A DNA stretch of 64,000 nt from the human T2T-CHM13v2.0 reference genome, Homo sapiens: the NCBI RefSeq assembly GCF_009914755.1, contig NC_060932.1; one strand, given 5' to 3'. Shown piece after piece: positions 1 through 14,355 of this stretch (position 1 is the stretch's first letter; every line of letters starts with the position of its first letter). The notes beneath the pieces are model-generated. The model worked only from the letters and a program-made list of their open reading frames with translations. It had not been told where the DNA came from and did not search any database. A program made the translations under genes and the position numbers.

Positions 1-109
1 GACATAGAGGAATGAAGTCTGGACCCAAATGAGGTCTGACTGCACTCAGATCCCTTGCCCTCCTAGTATCTTCCTCTGCAGTGCTTTTCTCCACGTGAAA
101 AACTGTACA

Positions 110-258
110 TTCGCTTTTTTAAATTGTCTCTCTTCCACTAAAAAGTAAGTTTTATAAAATCAAGGTCTTCACCTAGCTTGTTCACTGTTGTACCTCCAGC
201 ACCTAGAACACTATCTGATATACAACTGGTCGTCAAATATTTGTTAAATAAATGAATG
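110..258 (+). mobile_element. L2 (LINE-2) 3' end fragment
   Basis: Degenerate match to the recalled L2 3' end (ttgttcactgttgtacctccagcacctagaaca...aaatatttgttaaataaatgaatg). Confidence 0.6.
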
Positions 259-1351
259 CTATATCTAAATATAAAAAGTGACATCTGCCATATCAAATAA
301 TAGAAGTTATTCTGTAGCAAAATAATTCAAATAATGTAGCACCGGCAAAGAAAAGATGAAGAAAACTGAATGTTCTACAAATAGACTGAAGGATGTACCT
401 GTATTAAAGATAGCACGTGAAAAATAACACCAAATGAGGGTGTAGTCTACTGGGGACAAAAACCAGAAATTTATTTTCTAGTGTGTTTACTGAAGCACAT
501 GGACACTGAAAGAAAGACTCCGATGTTCAGGCACCTATCAAGCCTCGGCCTGAGTCACATTTGCTACTGTCCTGTTGGCCCAAAAAAGTTACAGAAATCA
601 GCCAGGCTGGTCCAGACCAGAAGAACTTGGCTGAATTTGTCTATTCATTCAATAATCGCGTACGAATAATTTTCTTGTTGGAATAAAAACACCTCCTATG
701 CATTCATTAAACAAATAGTACAGGCATGAGGCAGATAAAAATCTAAGTAAAACCAAGTTCTGACCTTCCACCAACCACCTAGCTAATCCATAGACGTTAG
801 ATAACTCATTGGAACTTGGAAGCGTAGATAGGCGATTTTAAAACTCAGGAAGCACCGAGGATGAAGCGATGGAAGGCAGCAAGGCGGGGAGAGCTCCGGA
901 AGAGGTGGTGAAACTGGAGGAGTCAGACTTCATTCCAGAAACGGCCTTCATGTGATGTTATCTGCATAGTTCATTCCGCTTACCAAAAAACTCACTCGTC
1001 CTCTCCCGCGTAACCCACCCACATTGCCTCAGATGTGTAACCCTCGGGTTAAAATACCGGTAAGCGCCGATGCTCACGGAGGGGACGAAACGGGGAGCGC
1101 AACCACCGGGAACCACGCAAAAGTCGCTCATGCCCAGGGCGGCTTGCGGGGGCAGGGACAGGTCAGCCAGGACGGCCGCGTCCACCCGGGCCCTACAGGG
1201 GGAAGGCTCGAGGAAAGGGGGACGGGAACACCCAGGCGTCGGCCCTGCTCGCCGCGCCCCTTGCCCCAGATCCGGGCCCGGCCGCTCAGGCCCTGAGGCC
1301 GGCCCAGCGAGCTCCTTCCCCGCCCCGGGCAAGCAGGGAGGCTCGGCCCAC

Positions 1352-1450
1352 CTGGTCCATCTTGGGCATCACCTTCCGCTTGCCCCCGATCCGGAAGCGC
1401 ACCAGGTTGTAGAACTCTTCGGGGTGGCCGAGGCATTTCACGAACTCCAT
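1352..1450 (-). CDS. FDFT1: Squalene synthase, first coding exon (MEFVKCLGHPEEFYNLVRFRIGGKRKVMPKMDQ); gene continues left of the window
   Basis: ATG at 1450 in a good Kozak context (gccaggATGG). 99 nt = 33 codons, then donor CAG|GTGGGC. Peptide matches the recalled N-terminus of human squalene synthase. Confidence 0.97.
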
Positions 1451-1646
1451 CCTGGCGCAGGCGGCGGACTCCCGGGCGCGACTCTCACCTCTGCGGTCCC
1501 CAGGCGCTCACCGGCCGGCTGGACCTGTGGAGTAGGTGCTTCGAGGGGCTGGCCGGACAGGGGGCAGGCCTAGTACGGCGACGCCCCGCCCGCCGCTCCG
1601 CCCACTTCAACCGGCCTCGGCCGGCAGCGGGGCTAGCTGCGGCCTC

Positions 1647-1788
1647 GTGGGGTGGGCTGACGGGCGCTGATTGGCCAGGGCCGCTCACACTAGGAAGACC
1701 CCGGCCAATCAGTCGCGGAAGGAGACTGGCGTGATAACACCCTAGAAGCTCATTGGAGGCCGAGAAAGAGGCCGACGAGCGGGATTGG
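1647..1788 (-). promoter_or_regulatory. FDFT1: SREBP/NF-Y module of the FDFT1 promoter
   Basis: SRE-like CCCACCCCAC (minus, 1647-1656), CTCACACTAG (plus, 1684-1693) and ATCACGCCAG (minus, 1726-1735). CCAAT/ATTGG boxes at 1670-1674, 1705-1709, 1752-1756 and 1784-1788. Confidence 0.85.
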
Positions 1789-1827
1789 TGCCCTGATGGA
1801 GCCGGGCCTTTGTTTTCTTCCGCTTAC

Positions 1828-2025
1828 CCCGGCTGGGAGCGCGAACGCTGTGGGGACTGGAGGTGAGGCGGTGGGGCTTAGGATGCGCAGGAGCCCAACG
1901 GTGGTCCGCAGTCGGGAGAGCAGTGCGGGGCTGCTTCCTCCCCACTTGGTCAATAAGTCGCCCACGTGTCCGGCCTCGGTGGCTCCTGCCAGCCGGGTGA
2001 GCTCTGCAGCCGCTCTCTGTAGAGC
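1828..2025 (-). other. FDFT1: Putative upstream non-coding FDFT1 exon
   Basis: Strong donor GGG|GTAAGC (last exon base 1828). Candidate acceptors TTTTAG| (2025) or CTACAG| (2016). A matching acceptor CTCCACAG| at 1524 lies 74 nt before the ATG. Confidence 0.55.
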
Positions 2026-2297
2026 CTAAAACCGTGAAAAGGCCGGGCCAGCGCCAAGCTGGGCGTCTTTACTGTAACACACCCGAGCACAGCCCAGCTC
2101 GCCTGCCCGCCACCGCCATCCAGCCCCAGGGAGCCCCACACACTCCTGGAGCTTCAGCTGCCCCCTCTCTAGTGTTTACTTGAGATCCAGCTTAGTCCTA
2201 GAAAAAGGAGCTGAAGCCTTAGAGAGCCTGTAACAGGAATGTGGAAACTTCTCTCATCCTAGATCTCTCCAGCCCTAGAAACTACTGGCTACCCGTC

Positions 2298-2955
<658 letters not shown>

Positions 2956-3333
2956 GGAAACCTGTCAGGTACGTTCACTGCCCAAAGCTGTTCAGTGTCT
3001 CTCCAACAAAAGCCAAAGCACCTATAGGGATCCTGAGAGGCTGCAGCCTTCCACCCAGATTACCTCTCTGGCCTCCATCTCTTATGCTTTTGCTTTCTCT
3101 GGCCCTAGGACTTTTTGTCTAGCTGTTCACTATTCCTGCACTATCCCCCAGATACTGGCTTGACTAACTCCTGTGCCCCTCGAGTCTGCTCACACCTCAT
3201 CTAGACCCACCTGTTTGCCCTCTCTCACATTTCCACCACTGCTAATCCCAGTGGGGGTCTACTTGCCTATATTTACCATATTCTAATACATCATTTACTT
3301 ATGTATTAGATTACAGAGTGTTTCCCCTACTAC

Positions 3334-5428
<2,095 letters not shown>

Positions 5429-5918
5429 CTAGAAATCTAAGCTCAGTGACGACACACCTTTGTTTTGCTCACTAATGTCCCCTCAACCATCTGGAATAGT
5501 GCCCAGCACATACTGGCTCAATGAATATTTACTGGGTGCTCAATGAGTATTTATTGAATTGAGCTGCGTATAGGACACGATGGTGCCTAAACAATGCAAA
5601 GTTAGTTAACGTGCCCATTCTTTAAATCTCTCTTCCATTAAATCTGCTTCTCCTGTGGATAGCATTAACAGCCTCTCAGTTTTGTAATCACAAAATCCAG
5701 GTGTCATTGATAACGCCCTTTCTCTCCTTATATCCACCCCTTCAAAATCATTCATCAAGTCCTGTGGAGTCCAAGAAAACAAATACCTTTCATTTTAATC
5801 TCTCCTCTCTGCTCCATCTTGGTTTAAGCCACATCTTCTTTCCCAAACCATGTTGAAGTTGACTTCCCCTGTCCTCTCCCATATGGCAGGTAGAGTTATT
5901 CGTCTAAAACACACACTG

Positions 5919-6215
5919 GGCTGGGTGCAGTGGCTCACACCTGTAATCCTAGCACTTGGGAAGACCGATGCAGGCGGATCACTTGAGGTCAGGACTTTGA
6001 GACCAGCCTGGCTAACATGGTGAAACCCCGTCTCTACTAAAAATACCAAAATTAGCTGAGCGTGGTTGTGGGTGCCTGTAATCCCAGTTACTCGGGAGGC
6101 TGAGGCTGGAGAATCGCTTGAACCCACGAGCCGAGATCACCACACCACACTGCAGCCTGGGCAACAAAGTGAGACTCCGTCTCAAAAAAATAAAAAATAA
6201 AAACAAAAATAAAAA
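5919..6215 (+). mobile_element. Alu
   Basis: Alu dimer with A-rich tail and TSD aaaacacacact. Confidence 0.95.
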
Positions 6216-7054
6216 CACACACTTGATTATAATCCTTCCATTTTAAATTCCTCCAATGAAATGTCTTCGAATCAATGGATTGATTTAAAGGAAATCAAGC
6301 CTTCTGGCATAGAATAAAAACGTCCTTGCCATTTGGCATCTACATCCTTTGTTGGGATTTCAGCCTCCTGTCCACCCATTCTTGTACTACTTTCACACCC
6401 TGATCCAGTCCTAGCAGCACTTATTGTCCCCCAAACAGGCTACAGTACTTCACATCCGGCCTTGGCCCAAGCAATTCACCTGCCTGGAATAGGCTTCCTG
6501 CTCCTTGCCTAGCCACCTGCCACGCCTCCATTACAGCTCAGGTGGAATCTGCTTCAGGAATCCTTTTCTAGTGTTTCCTGGCCTCTCCTTTATCTGTTCC
6601 CCTCCCCCACCGTTTTTTTTGTTTGTTTCTTTTTTTTTTTTTTTTTTTTTTTTGAGTGTGTGTGAGAGACAGACAGGGTCTTATGTTGTCCAGGCTGGCT
6701 CAAACTCCTAGGATTAAGGATCTTCCCATCTCAGCTTCCCTAGTAGCTGTGATTCTTTATCTGTTCTTTAAATGCAACAAACATTGGCTGAACATCTACA
6801 ATGTGGCAGGAGACATGGGAAAAAACAAAGATGAGTAAGATAAGGTTCCACAGCCAAGGAGCTTACAATGCAGAGGAAGAAACAGACATGTTATGTGATG
6901 GTGCTATTTGTTAGAGAGCCCCTAATCCAGCTCCCTCAGTCTGACTTAGGTGTCCACTTGGAAGCTGAACATACGAATGGATAACAGCCAGACACTATAT
7001 AACAGAACCATGGCTTAAACAACCGCTGCTGCAGGCAGTCCAAGGAACTCAAAA

Positions 7055-7533
7055 TGAGATAGAAGGCGAGATTCGACTCCAGAGGTGGGGTTCAGACAGC
7101 CGACCAAATTGAGGACTAGCTAAAACAGGGAGGGGCCGAAGCAGCCGTCCTTAAGACACGCCCACCAGTTTGCCATGTCAGTTTACCATTGCCATCGCAA
7201 CACCCAGGATTTACCACCCCTTTCCATGGCAATGACCCAACAACCCAGAAGTTACTACCCTTTTCCTACAGATGTCTTCAGAAACTGTCCTTTAATCTGC
7301 GTGCAATTAAAAGTAGGTATAGATCTGACTGCACAACTGCCCTGAGCTGCTTTCAGCACACTGCCTGCGGAGCAGCCCTACTCTGCAGGAAAAGTCACGG
7401 AGCTGTCACACTGCCTCTTTAATGAAGTTGTTTTCTTCCACCTTACCACTGGCTCACCCTTGAATTCTTTCCTGGGTAAAGCCAGGAACCCTCATGGGCT
7501 AAGGCCCAATTTGGGGCTTGCCTGTCCTGCAAG
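7055..7533 (+). mobile_element. ERV1 solo LTR (MER66-like); a further LTR-like fragment follows to ~7845
   Basis: Start tgagatagaaggcgagattcgactcc...accaaattgaggactagctaaaac, end ttggggcttgcctgtcctgca. Family name from recall. Confidence 0.6.
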
Positions 7534-8306
7534 AAAACCACAACCTCAGCAGCAATCAGCCCCAAATGGTCAGGACTCTTGCAACTCAGAATCAACCACA
7601 GAAAAACAAATAGGCTCCTCAAACCAATCACTGAAGACACCTACCTCTATCAGCTGCTTCCAACTTCCCCAGGCCAGAAGCCTCCAATCAGAGCACTGCT
7701 GCAGCCTTCCCCTTTTCCACCGTAAAGCTTCCCACTCCCCTGCCTGCCTCGGAGTGTCCACTAAGTACAAAACTCCCTTACTACAGCAAGCTCCGAATCA
7801 AGAACCTTATTTGTTTGTGTTCATTGGGCTGATCTTTACTTTCACAGACCTCAGTACTTCTACCATGTTCAGTGGTTCCTCCCAACCTGAACTTTCTGTA
7901 TTCTAATAATCTCTTGTCTGTTTCGCCACCTCACAGTGGCCCCCTCAAGCACAAGGGCTGGGCCTACACAGTATCTGGCGGAGTGTTTACAGCGTAATCA
8001 GATCAGTCCTAGAAAGCTCAGAACACAAACAGTCCAGTCACTTAACCCCCATCCTCACACAGCACTTTTTCCATTAACAGAAACACTTTACATACTCCCG
8101 TTACAGTAGGATTTGGCTTTGTATTTTGTTTAGCCTTGTATTGCCAAATCCTAGCATTTAGGAGGCATTTAAGAAATATTTATGAAATGTCTAAAGCCAC
8201 TGTGAAAATCTATGTTAAATCCCCCGTTTTTCACAATGTCAGTTATCACAAAACCCCAACTCATGAACTAAACCAATCTTTCACCTTAGAGTCTGTCGAG
8301 TCCAAG

Positions 8307-9683
8307 TGTGTCCGGAATTGGTTGGTTCTTGGTCTCACTGACTTCAGGAATGAAACCGCCCACCCTCGCGGTGAGTGTTACAGTTCTTAAAGGCGGCGTG
8401 TCCGGAGTCTGTTCCTTCTGATGTTCAGATGTGTTCGGAGTTTCTTCCTTCTGGTGGGTTCGTGGTCTCGGTGGCTCAGGAGTGAAGCTGCAGACCGTCA
8501 CAGCGAGTATTATAGCTCTTAAGTCGGCGCGTCTGGAGTTGTTTGTTTCTCCCAGTGGGTTCGTTGTCTTACTGGCTTCAGGAGTGAAGCTGCAAACCTA
8601 CCCCGTGAGTGTTACAGCTCATAAAGGCAGTGCAGACCGAAACAGACAAATATTGAAATTTATTGCAAACAACAAAGCTTCCCAGGCGTTGTAAAGCAAA
8701 CCCAGCGTGTTGCCACCGTTTTTTTTTTTTTTTTTTTTAAGGCAGCCCGCTTTTATGCTCTTATCTGGCCCCACCCACACCCTGCTGACTGGTCCATTTT
8801 ACAGAAAGCCGATTGGTCTGTTTTACAGAGAGCTGATTTGTCCGTTTTGACAGGGTGCTGATTGGTGCGGTTACAATCCCTGAGCTAGACATAAAAGGTC
8901 TCCACCTCCCCACTAGATTAGCTAGATACAGAGTGTCCATTGGTGTATTTACAAACTCTGAGCTAGACACAGGGTGCTGATTGGTGTGTTTACAAACCTT
9001 GAGCTAGATACAGAGTGCTGATTGGTGTATTTACAATCCCTTAGCTAGACATAAATATTCTCCAAGTCCCCACCAGACTCAGGAGCCCAGCTGGCTTCAC
9101 CCAGTGGATCCCGCGCAGGGCCGCAGGTGGAGCTGCCTGCCACTCCCGTGCCATCCGCCGGCACTCCTCAGCTCTTGGGCGGTCGACGGGACTGGGCGCC
9201 GTGGAACAGGGGGTGGCGCTCGTCGGGGAGGCTTGGGCCGCGCAGGAGCCCACGGCGGCGGCGCGGCGGAGGCTCAGGCATGGCGGGCTGCAGGTCCCGA
9301 GCCCTGCCCCGCGGGGAGGCAGCTAAGGCCTGTTGAGAAATCAAGCACGGCGGCTGCTGGCCCAGGTGCTAAGCCCCTCACTGCCCCGGCCGGCTGGGCC
9401 GGCCGCCCGCTCCAAGTGCGGCCCGCCGAGCCCACGCCCACCCGGAACTTGCGCTGGCCCGCAAGCGCCGCGCGCAGCCCTGGTTCCCGCCAGTGCCTCT
9501 CACTCCACACCTCCCCGCAAGCCGAGGGAGCCGGCTCCGGACTAGGCCAGCCCAGAGAAGGGCTCCCACGGTGCAGCGGTGGGCTGAAGGGCTCCTCAAG
9601 CGCGGCCAGAATGGGCGCCGAGGCCGAGGAGGCACCGAGAGCGAGCAAGGGCTGCAGGGCTGCCAGCATGCTGCCGCCTCTCA
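8307..9683 (-). mobile_element. LTR12 (ERV9, LTR12C-like) solo LTR, ~1.38 kb
   Basis: Minus strand begins TGAGAGGCGGCAGCATGCTGGCAG and ends ACCAATTCCGGACACA. CpG-rich U3, tandem CCAAT/GATA enhancer repeats (~8800-9060), ATAAAA box 8751-8756, U5 repeats, caag/cacg flanks. Confidence 0.93.
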
Positions 9684-9924
9684 CACGTATCCCGCCTCTC
9701 CTTACTAAGATGGAAGCCTAGATTCACCCCCGACCCCCCATATTTCCGTGCCCTCCTTCACAGTCCTGTCAAGCGAAAACCTCTCCTCCTTCCAGGCAAC
9801 AGGCACAGGCACAAAAGGCATAACCGCCACTGGTCACACTCCACCCTGCTGTCTCTGTACCATCTCCTCTCTTTCAGTCCACTTACAACATATCGTGCCT
9901 ACCTCCTTTTATGTATTTATTTAA

Positions 9925-10230
9925 AATTTTTATTTTTTTATTTTTGAGACAAGGTCTTACTCTGTCACCCAGACTGGAGTACAGTGACATCATCTCGGCT
10001 CACTGCAGCCTTGACCTCCTGGGCTCAAGTGATCCTTCCACCTCAACCTCCCTAGTAGCTGGGACTACAGGTATGCATCACCATGCCTGGCTAATTTTTG
10101 TATTTTTTGTAGAGATGGGGTCTCGCTATGTTGCCCAGGCTGGTCTCGAACTCCCGGGGTCAAGCAATCCTCCTGCCTCAGCCTCCCAAAGTGCTGGGAT
10201 TACAGGCGTGAGCCACTCACTGCACCAGGC
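9925..10230 (-). mobile_element. Alu (J-like)
   Basis: Antisense Alu dimer with TSD cctacctcctttt. Confidence 0.93.
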
Positions 10231-11035
10231 CCTACCTCCTTTTGGAACCAACCTGAAACCCACTGAGAACCTACTGCCAGGGTGAATTAGATCTCACTCA
10301 CTGGGAGAGAAGCATGGGAGTGTGGGTTGTTACCTGCCCACATTCCCCCTTCCCCACCTCTTCCATGAGGAACATGTTCCATGGAGTTCCAACGGCACCA
10401 ACCACAACACTTAGTCTCAACTGTTAGGTACTAGTATTTTCCCAATTATTAGTTTTTTCCGTAAGTCACTGCAGTCAGAGACACTATGAGCAAAGCTGCT
10501 CCAGAGATCCTCCTAAGGCAGAGATGAAGGTCATTCTTTCATGTTTCACTCTATAAACTTTGTATTGTGTGACTCTTTTGACGTCTGTAATTTTAAAAAA
10601 ATAATGTTTCTCCTTGTCCCTTAGGTCTCCCACCATCCTTACCCTGACAAACGTCCATGTCCATTGTGGGGTAATCCAACATCCAATGTCTCCATTTTTT
10701 ATCCTAAGCCACTGGATGCTGTCAGGGAAAGTCAGGAAATGCACAGGTGTCCTGGGCTTGCCATGTGGCTCTACAGCCCTTCCCTCTAACCCGAAGTGAT
10801 CACGTTTCCCTTACAGCCGTTACAAACCTGCCCACTCTTCTGTACCCCAAAGGCCTCACTTTTAGCAAATTTTCTAGGGACTTGTTATTCTTTCTCTTCC
10901 CATCCTAGTCCAGTCATCTTTAAGCGACAGCTCTGGTGTGAGCTTTCTCTCTCTCTCTCCTGGTTTTCTCCCCTGAACTAACTATACATACATTTTCACG
11001 TTATATTCATCCTTTGCTCTCCTCCCTAGCCTTCA

Positions 11036-14000
11036 TTTTTTTTTTTCACATTTCTTACTTTTATTTCAACATTTAAAATATTCATAGATGGAGTATTATA
11101 TTCAGACATCTCCAAGGAAGATGTATGAAAACAAAACATACAGGCATTTCACAATTACAGAATTGCATATTTGTGATTATGTGAATGTTTACCCTAGAGT
11201 TGATCTGGAAAAACACCATTTAAAAAAAAAACTTTTGCGTGATTCACTGGATTAATTTCCATAAAAAATGAACTGCAAATAATTTCAGGATACCTAAATA
11301 TTAGTACTTTTTAAAATTTTCAAACTTTTATGGTATTCTACTAACGTATCTCCTACAAGGAACACTTAATACTTAATTCTTTCTTTTTACCCTCAATAGC
11401 CAAGTCAGAATATACTTATTTCATTTTTCACCCAAGTCTTTGTTTCTAAACACATTATGTAGAATAGATTTGGTCGTCACAGCATCTTGAGTAGCTAATA
11501 AGGTAGGAGTATTCTTAAGTTCTTAGACATTAATAAAGCAAAGCAAAAGACAAGCAAATTACGAAGTTTTTCTTTTTTAGTGGTTGTTCTTTAAGTAAAA
11601 TGCTAAGAGCACTGGAAATTGGTCAAAAGCTGCTCACATTTTAAAAACAAAGAGGAAAAACCCATTAGAAAGCCCTGATACACATAGAGTCTGTTAAAGG
11701 GAAAAACCTGAGTACTGGAATTAAATTCATTTTGACATTATAAGGTAAGGGATCTATGCCTAAAAATGCCAAGCTTTCTGCCTTGGAAAAAAAGTCTTAC
11801 CAAGGAGATAAAATTTAAACAGAAAACAAAATTAATCTATACTTTCTTTTCAGAACAAGTTAATTTGCTTCTTTTAACCCACTTCTCTTTTCCTATACAC
11901 AAAAAAGATCAATAATTTCAGTATACTGCATATCCAGTAACACATTTCAATGAAGTTAGCAGTCAACTTACCAACTGTGCCAGAGAAACACTCCTTATAT
12001 GGAGGCTTCATTAACATAATGCTAAAGAGCTAGAAAACATGTAGGCAATAGATTTCAGCACCATCTGTTAATAGCGTTTCAAAATGCGTACACCCCCTAA
12101 ATTCATATAAACCTAGGAAATTTACCCATCATTCTCTCCGTATCTACACCAAAAATCAAAGTTCTGTATTCTAACCATCCTGTGTGCCAAAAATAAGAAA
12201 TACTTAAAAATCTATCCAATTAAGTTAATAGGACACAAACATGTTCCCCAAAAAAGGAGGGAAGTTACCAATCAAGCATGACGTGTCTAAAATACAAATT
12301 TTGGGAGTTTCTCTGAACTTACTCTGGTTCAAAGGGCTGCCAAAAAAAAAAAAACCACATATTTTTAATACATTGGTACCTATTATTTGATGAAGGCTAA
12401 ATTACAAGAGATTTATTTTACTAATTTGCACCTCTTAAGGTTACTGCTAAATAGACTTCAAAAAGTCATCTAAAAAATGTTTTAAAAATACAACAGAATA
12501 GCTGCTAGAAAGAAAATTGATAACTATGTGGCCTGGCAAATGATTTTCAAATTAAGTCCTTGACAATCAACTACAAAATGTTTTAGATGTACGAATCAAA
12601 CTTGGTAGCAAAATAGTGCAAAACTCTGATATGGCAGCCCTTAATAGCAGGTAATCATTTGAGATTTGCTACCAAAAATAAATTGTCAACAAGAATCTTT
12701 TATATGTCTTTAAACCATTCCTTTTTCTACTCTACCCAGAATTGTGTTGCACTGCAGTTATAAAAATCTCAAAATATCATATGTATATCATTTAGATAGA
12801 AGATAATTATTTCCTCTTCACTGCCGCCTCCTTTAATTTCAGTTATAGTTCCCTTTATAAACATTCTTTTCCTAAGGCACACCATGCCCTATTTATTGCC
12901 ACAAAGCCACTAAAATCTGTGCCTCAGTCTGTCTGCTTCATGGGTGTGGTTAAATACAAACCACTTGCTAGTGTCTGCTAAAACTTAGTAACATCAAGAC
13001 TAGAATGTCATTGTCTGATCTACTGGGGCAAAGGCCGAAATACACAAGCATGTGCTCATACGCTCTTTTCCCTACAAACTAACCATATTACCTACTGACA
13101 GTAAGCCTTATTGACATCTCTGGCTACATATAATTCATACTCAATATTATAAAATAAAATGTTAGGCCAGTAAGCTTTCACAATTTTTATTAAATCCTAG
13201 TCTAGTTTAACAATATCTGACGTTACACACATCATCCCATGGTGAACATGTTTAATAAGTGAAAGCAAGTCAGACATCTCATCTAGGTCATTATTTTCTG
13301 CAGACTAAGCAATAACTACACAGAACACTATGGGTAATGACAAACACCTGCTCGGTTTTCACACAAGCCATTTGTTTATCAAACTAGATCTGCTAATACT
13401 GAAGACAGTCGATTTGGTGATTGTAGTTCTCATACAATTATAAATATCTTATTGAGGTAACATTTTGACAGTTTCACTGACTTTCCAAATAAACATTTGA
13501 TTGGAAGAAAACAGATCAAATATGGATTTCACAAACCAAAAGTTTATAAACTCAATGCAATACAAATCCTTTTTATTGTAAAAGCTCAGTTGAAACTAAA
13601 AGATTTATAAAAACTATTACTTTTGGCCTTAAACAGTACCAACTCTTATGATCAAAAAAGGCCACAACATTTAAGACTGTATTGCTCGATTTTATTTTAC
13701 ACTAGGTGGTGGGCACAAAGCAATCCTCCTTAATAAAGGTGACAATTGCTCCACTCAACATTTTTAATAATGCACATTAAAAAAAAGTTCATCTTACAAA
13801 TTCTTCTGCAATCCAAACATACAATTGCTTGGAGAACAACATTTAGAAAACAAAAGCCAATGTAAAAAGACAGATTCAAACAACTAGAAAAGTACAGGTT
13901 TTGTTTGTATGACTCGGATTTTACAGTTTTCTTACTGCATCATCAATGACAGAAATCTGTTCCTTCAGCTGGCTCCATTGTTCTGGATTTAAAGCAATAC

Positions 14001-14355
14001 CTTTTCTTCCTGGTTTCATTTCGCCTTCAGGATCCATCCAATATTCTCTAGTATCAATTAGCACTTTCCCTTTAAAATCTCCAACGCTAACGTACCTCAT
14101 TTTCCCAATCTGAAACTTGTTATCATCTCTGCTGCTGCCGCTCTGTTTAGAAGATGACAGAGCTCTCGAAGTTTCACCTGTCTTTTGCTTCTTTACAGGT
14201 TTTTCTGGAGCAACTTGCTTTTTCCTCTTTAACTTTTTGTCAACCTCACTGTCAGGATCACTGCCAGAAGAGCTTGAAGAAACAAGTTCCTTTGATTTAG
14301 GCATCGCTTAGCTCAGCTCTAGCAGTCGAACACCCTCCTGCTTGTTCGCTCGCGA
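11036..14355 (-). pseudogene. SUB1P1: Processed retrocopy of SUB1 (PC4) mRNA with 5'UTR, ORF, ~2.9-kb 3'UTR and poly(A)
   Basis: Intronless. AATAAA at 11060-11065 (minus), A tail 11036-11046. TSD ctcctccctagccttca (11019-11035) and ctcctccctgcccttca (14356-14372). Confidence 0.93.
13921..14304 (-). CDS. SUB1P1: Intact 127-aa PC4-like ORF of the retrocopy (translation unproven)
   Basis: Full-length [19 protein letters not shown]...DAVRKL with no stop or frameshift. Seven substitutions versus recalled human PC4. Confidence reflects coding function, not identity. Confidence 0.35.
   Translation of the reverse strand: MPKSKELVSSSSSGSDPDSEVDKKLKRKKQVAPEKPVKKQKTGETSRALSSSKQSGSSRDDNKFQIGKMRYVSVGDFKGKVLIDTREYWMDPEGEMKPGRKGIALNPEQWSQLKEQISVIDDAVRKL

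Larger units (their letters stand above)
960..2150. promoter_or_regulatory. FDFT1: CpG island spanning the FDFT1 promoter and exon 1
   Basis: Very high GC and CpG density by eye. GC boxes at 1583-1591 and 1596-1603. Edges are approximate. Confidence 0.85.

Noticed and set aside
958-2141. Multiple overlapping ORFs around the FDFT1 promoter, including one crossing a GTAAGC donor at 984
   Set aside because: GC-rich artefacts. The 984 donor might mark an alternative first exon, but I cannot support it from sequence alone.
9041-9721. Overlapping ORFs up to 205 aa
   Set aside because: GC-rich U3 of LTR12 with few stop codons and no protein similarity.
10370-10379. Perfect p53 half-site GAACATGTTC
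   Set aside because: No adjacent second half-site.
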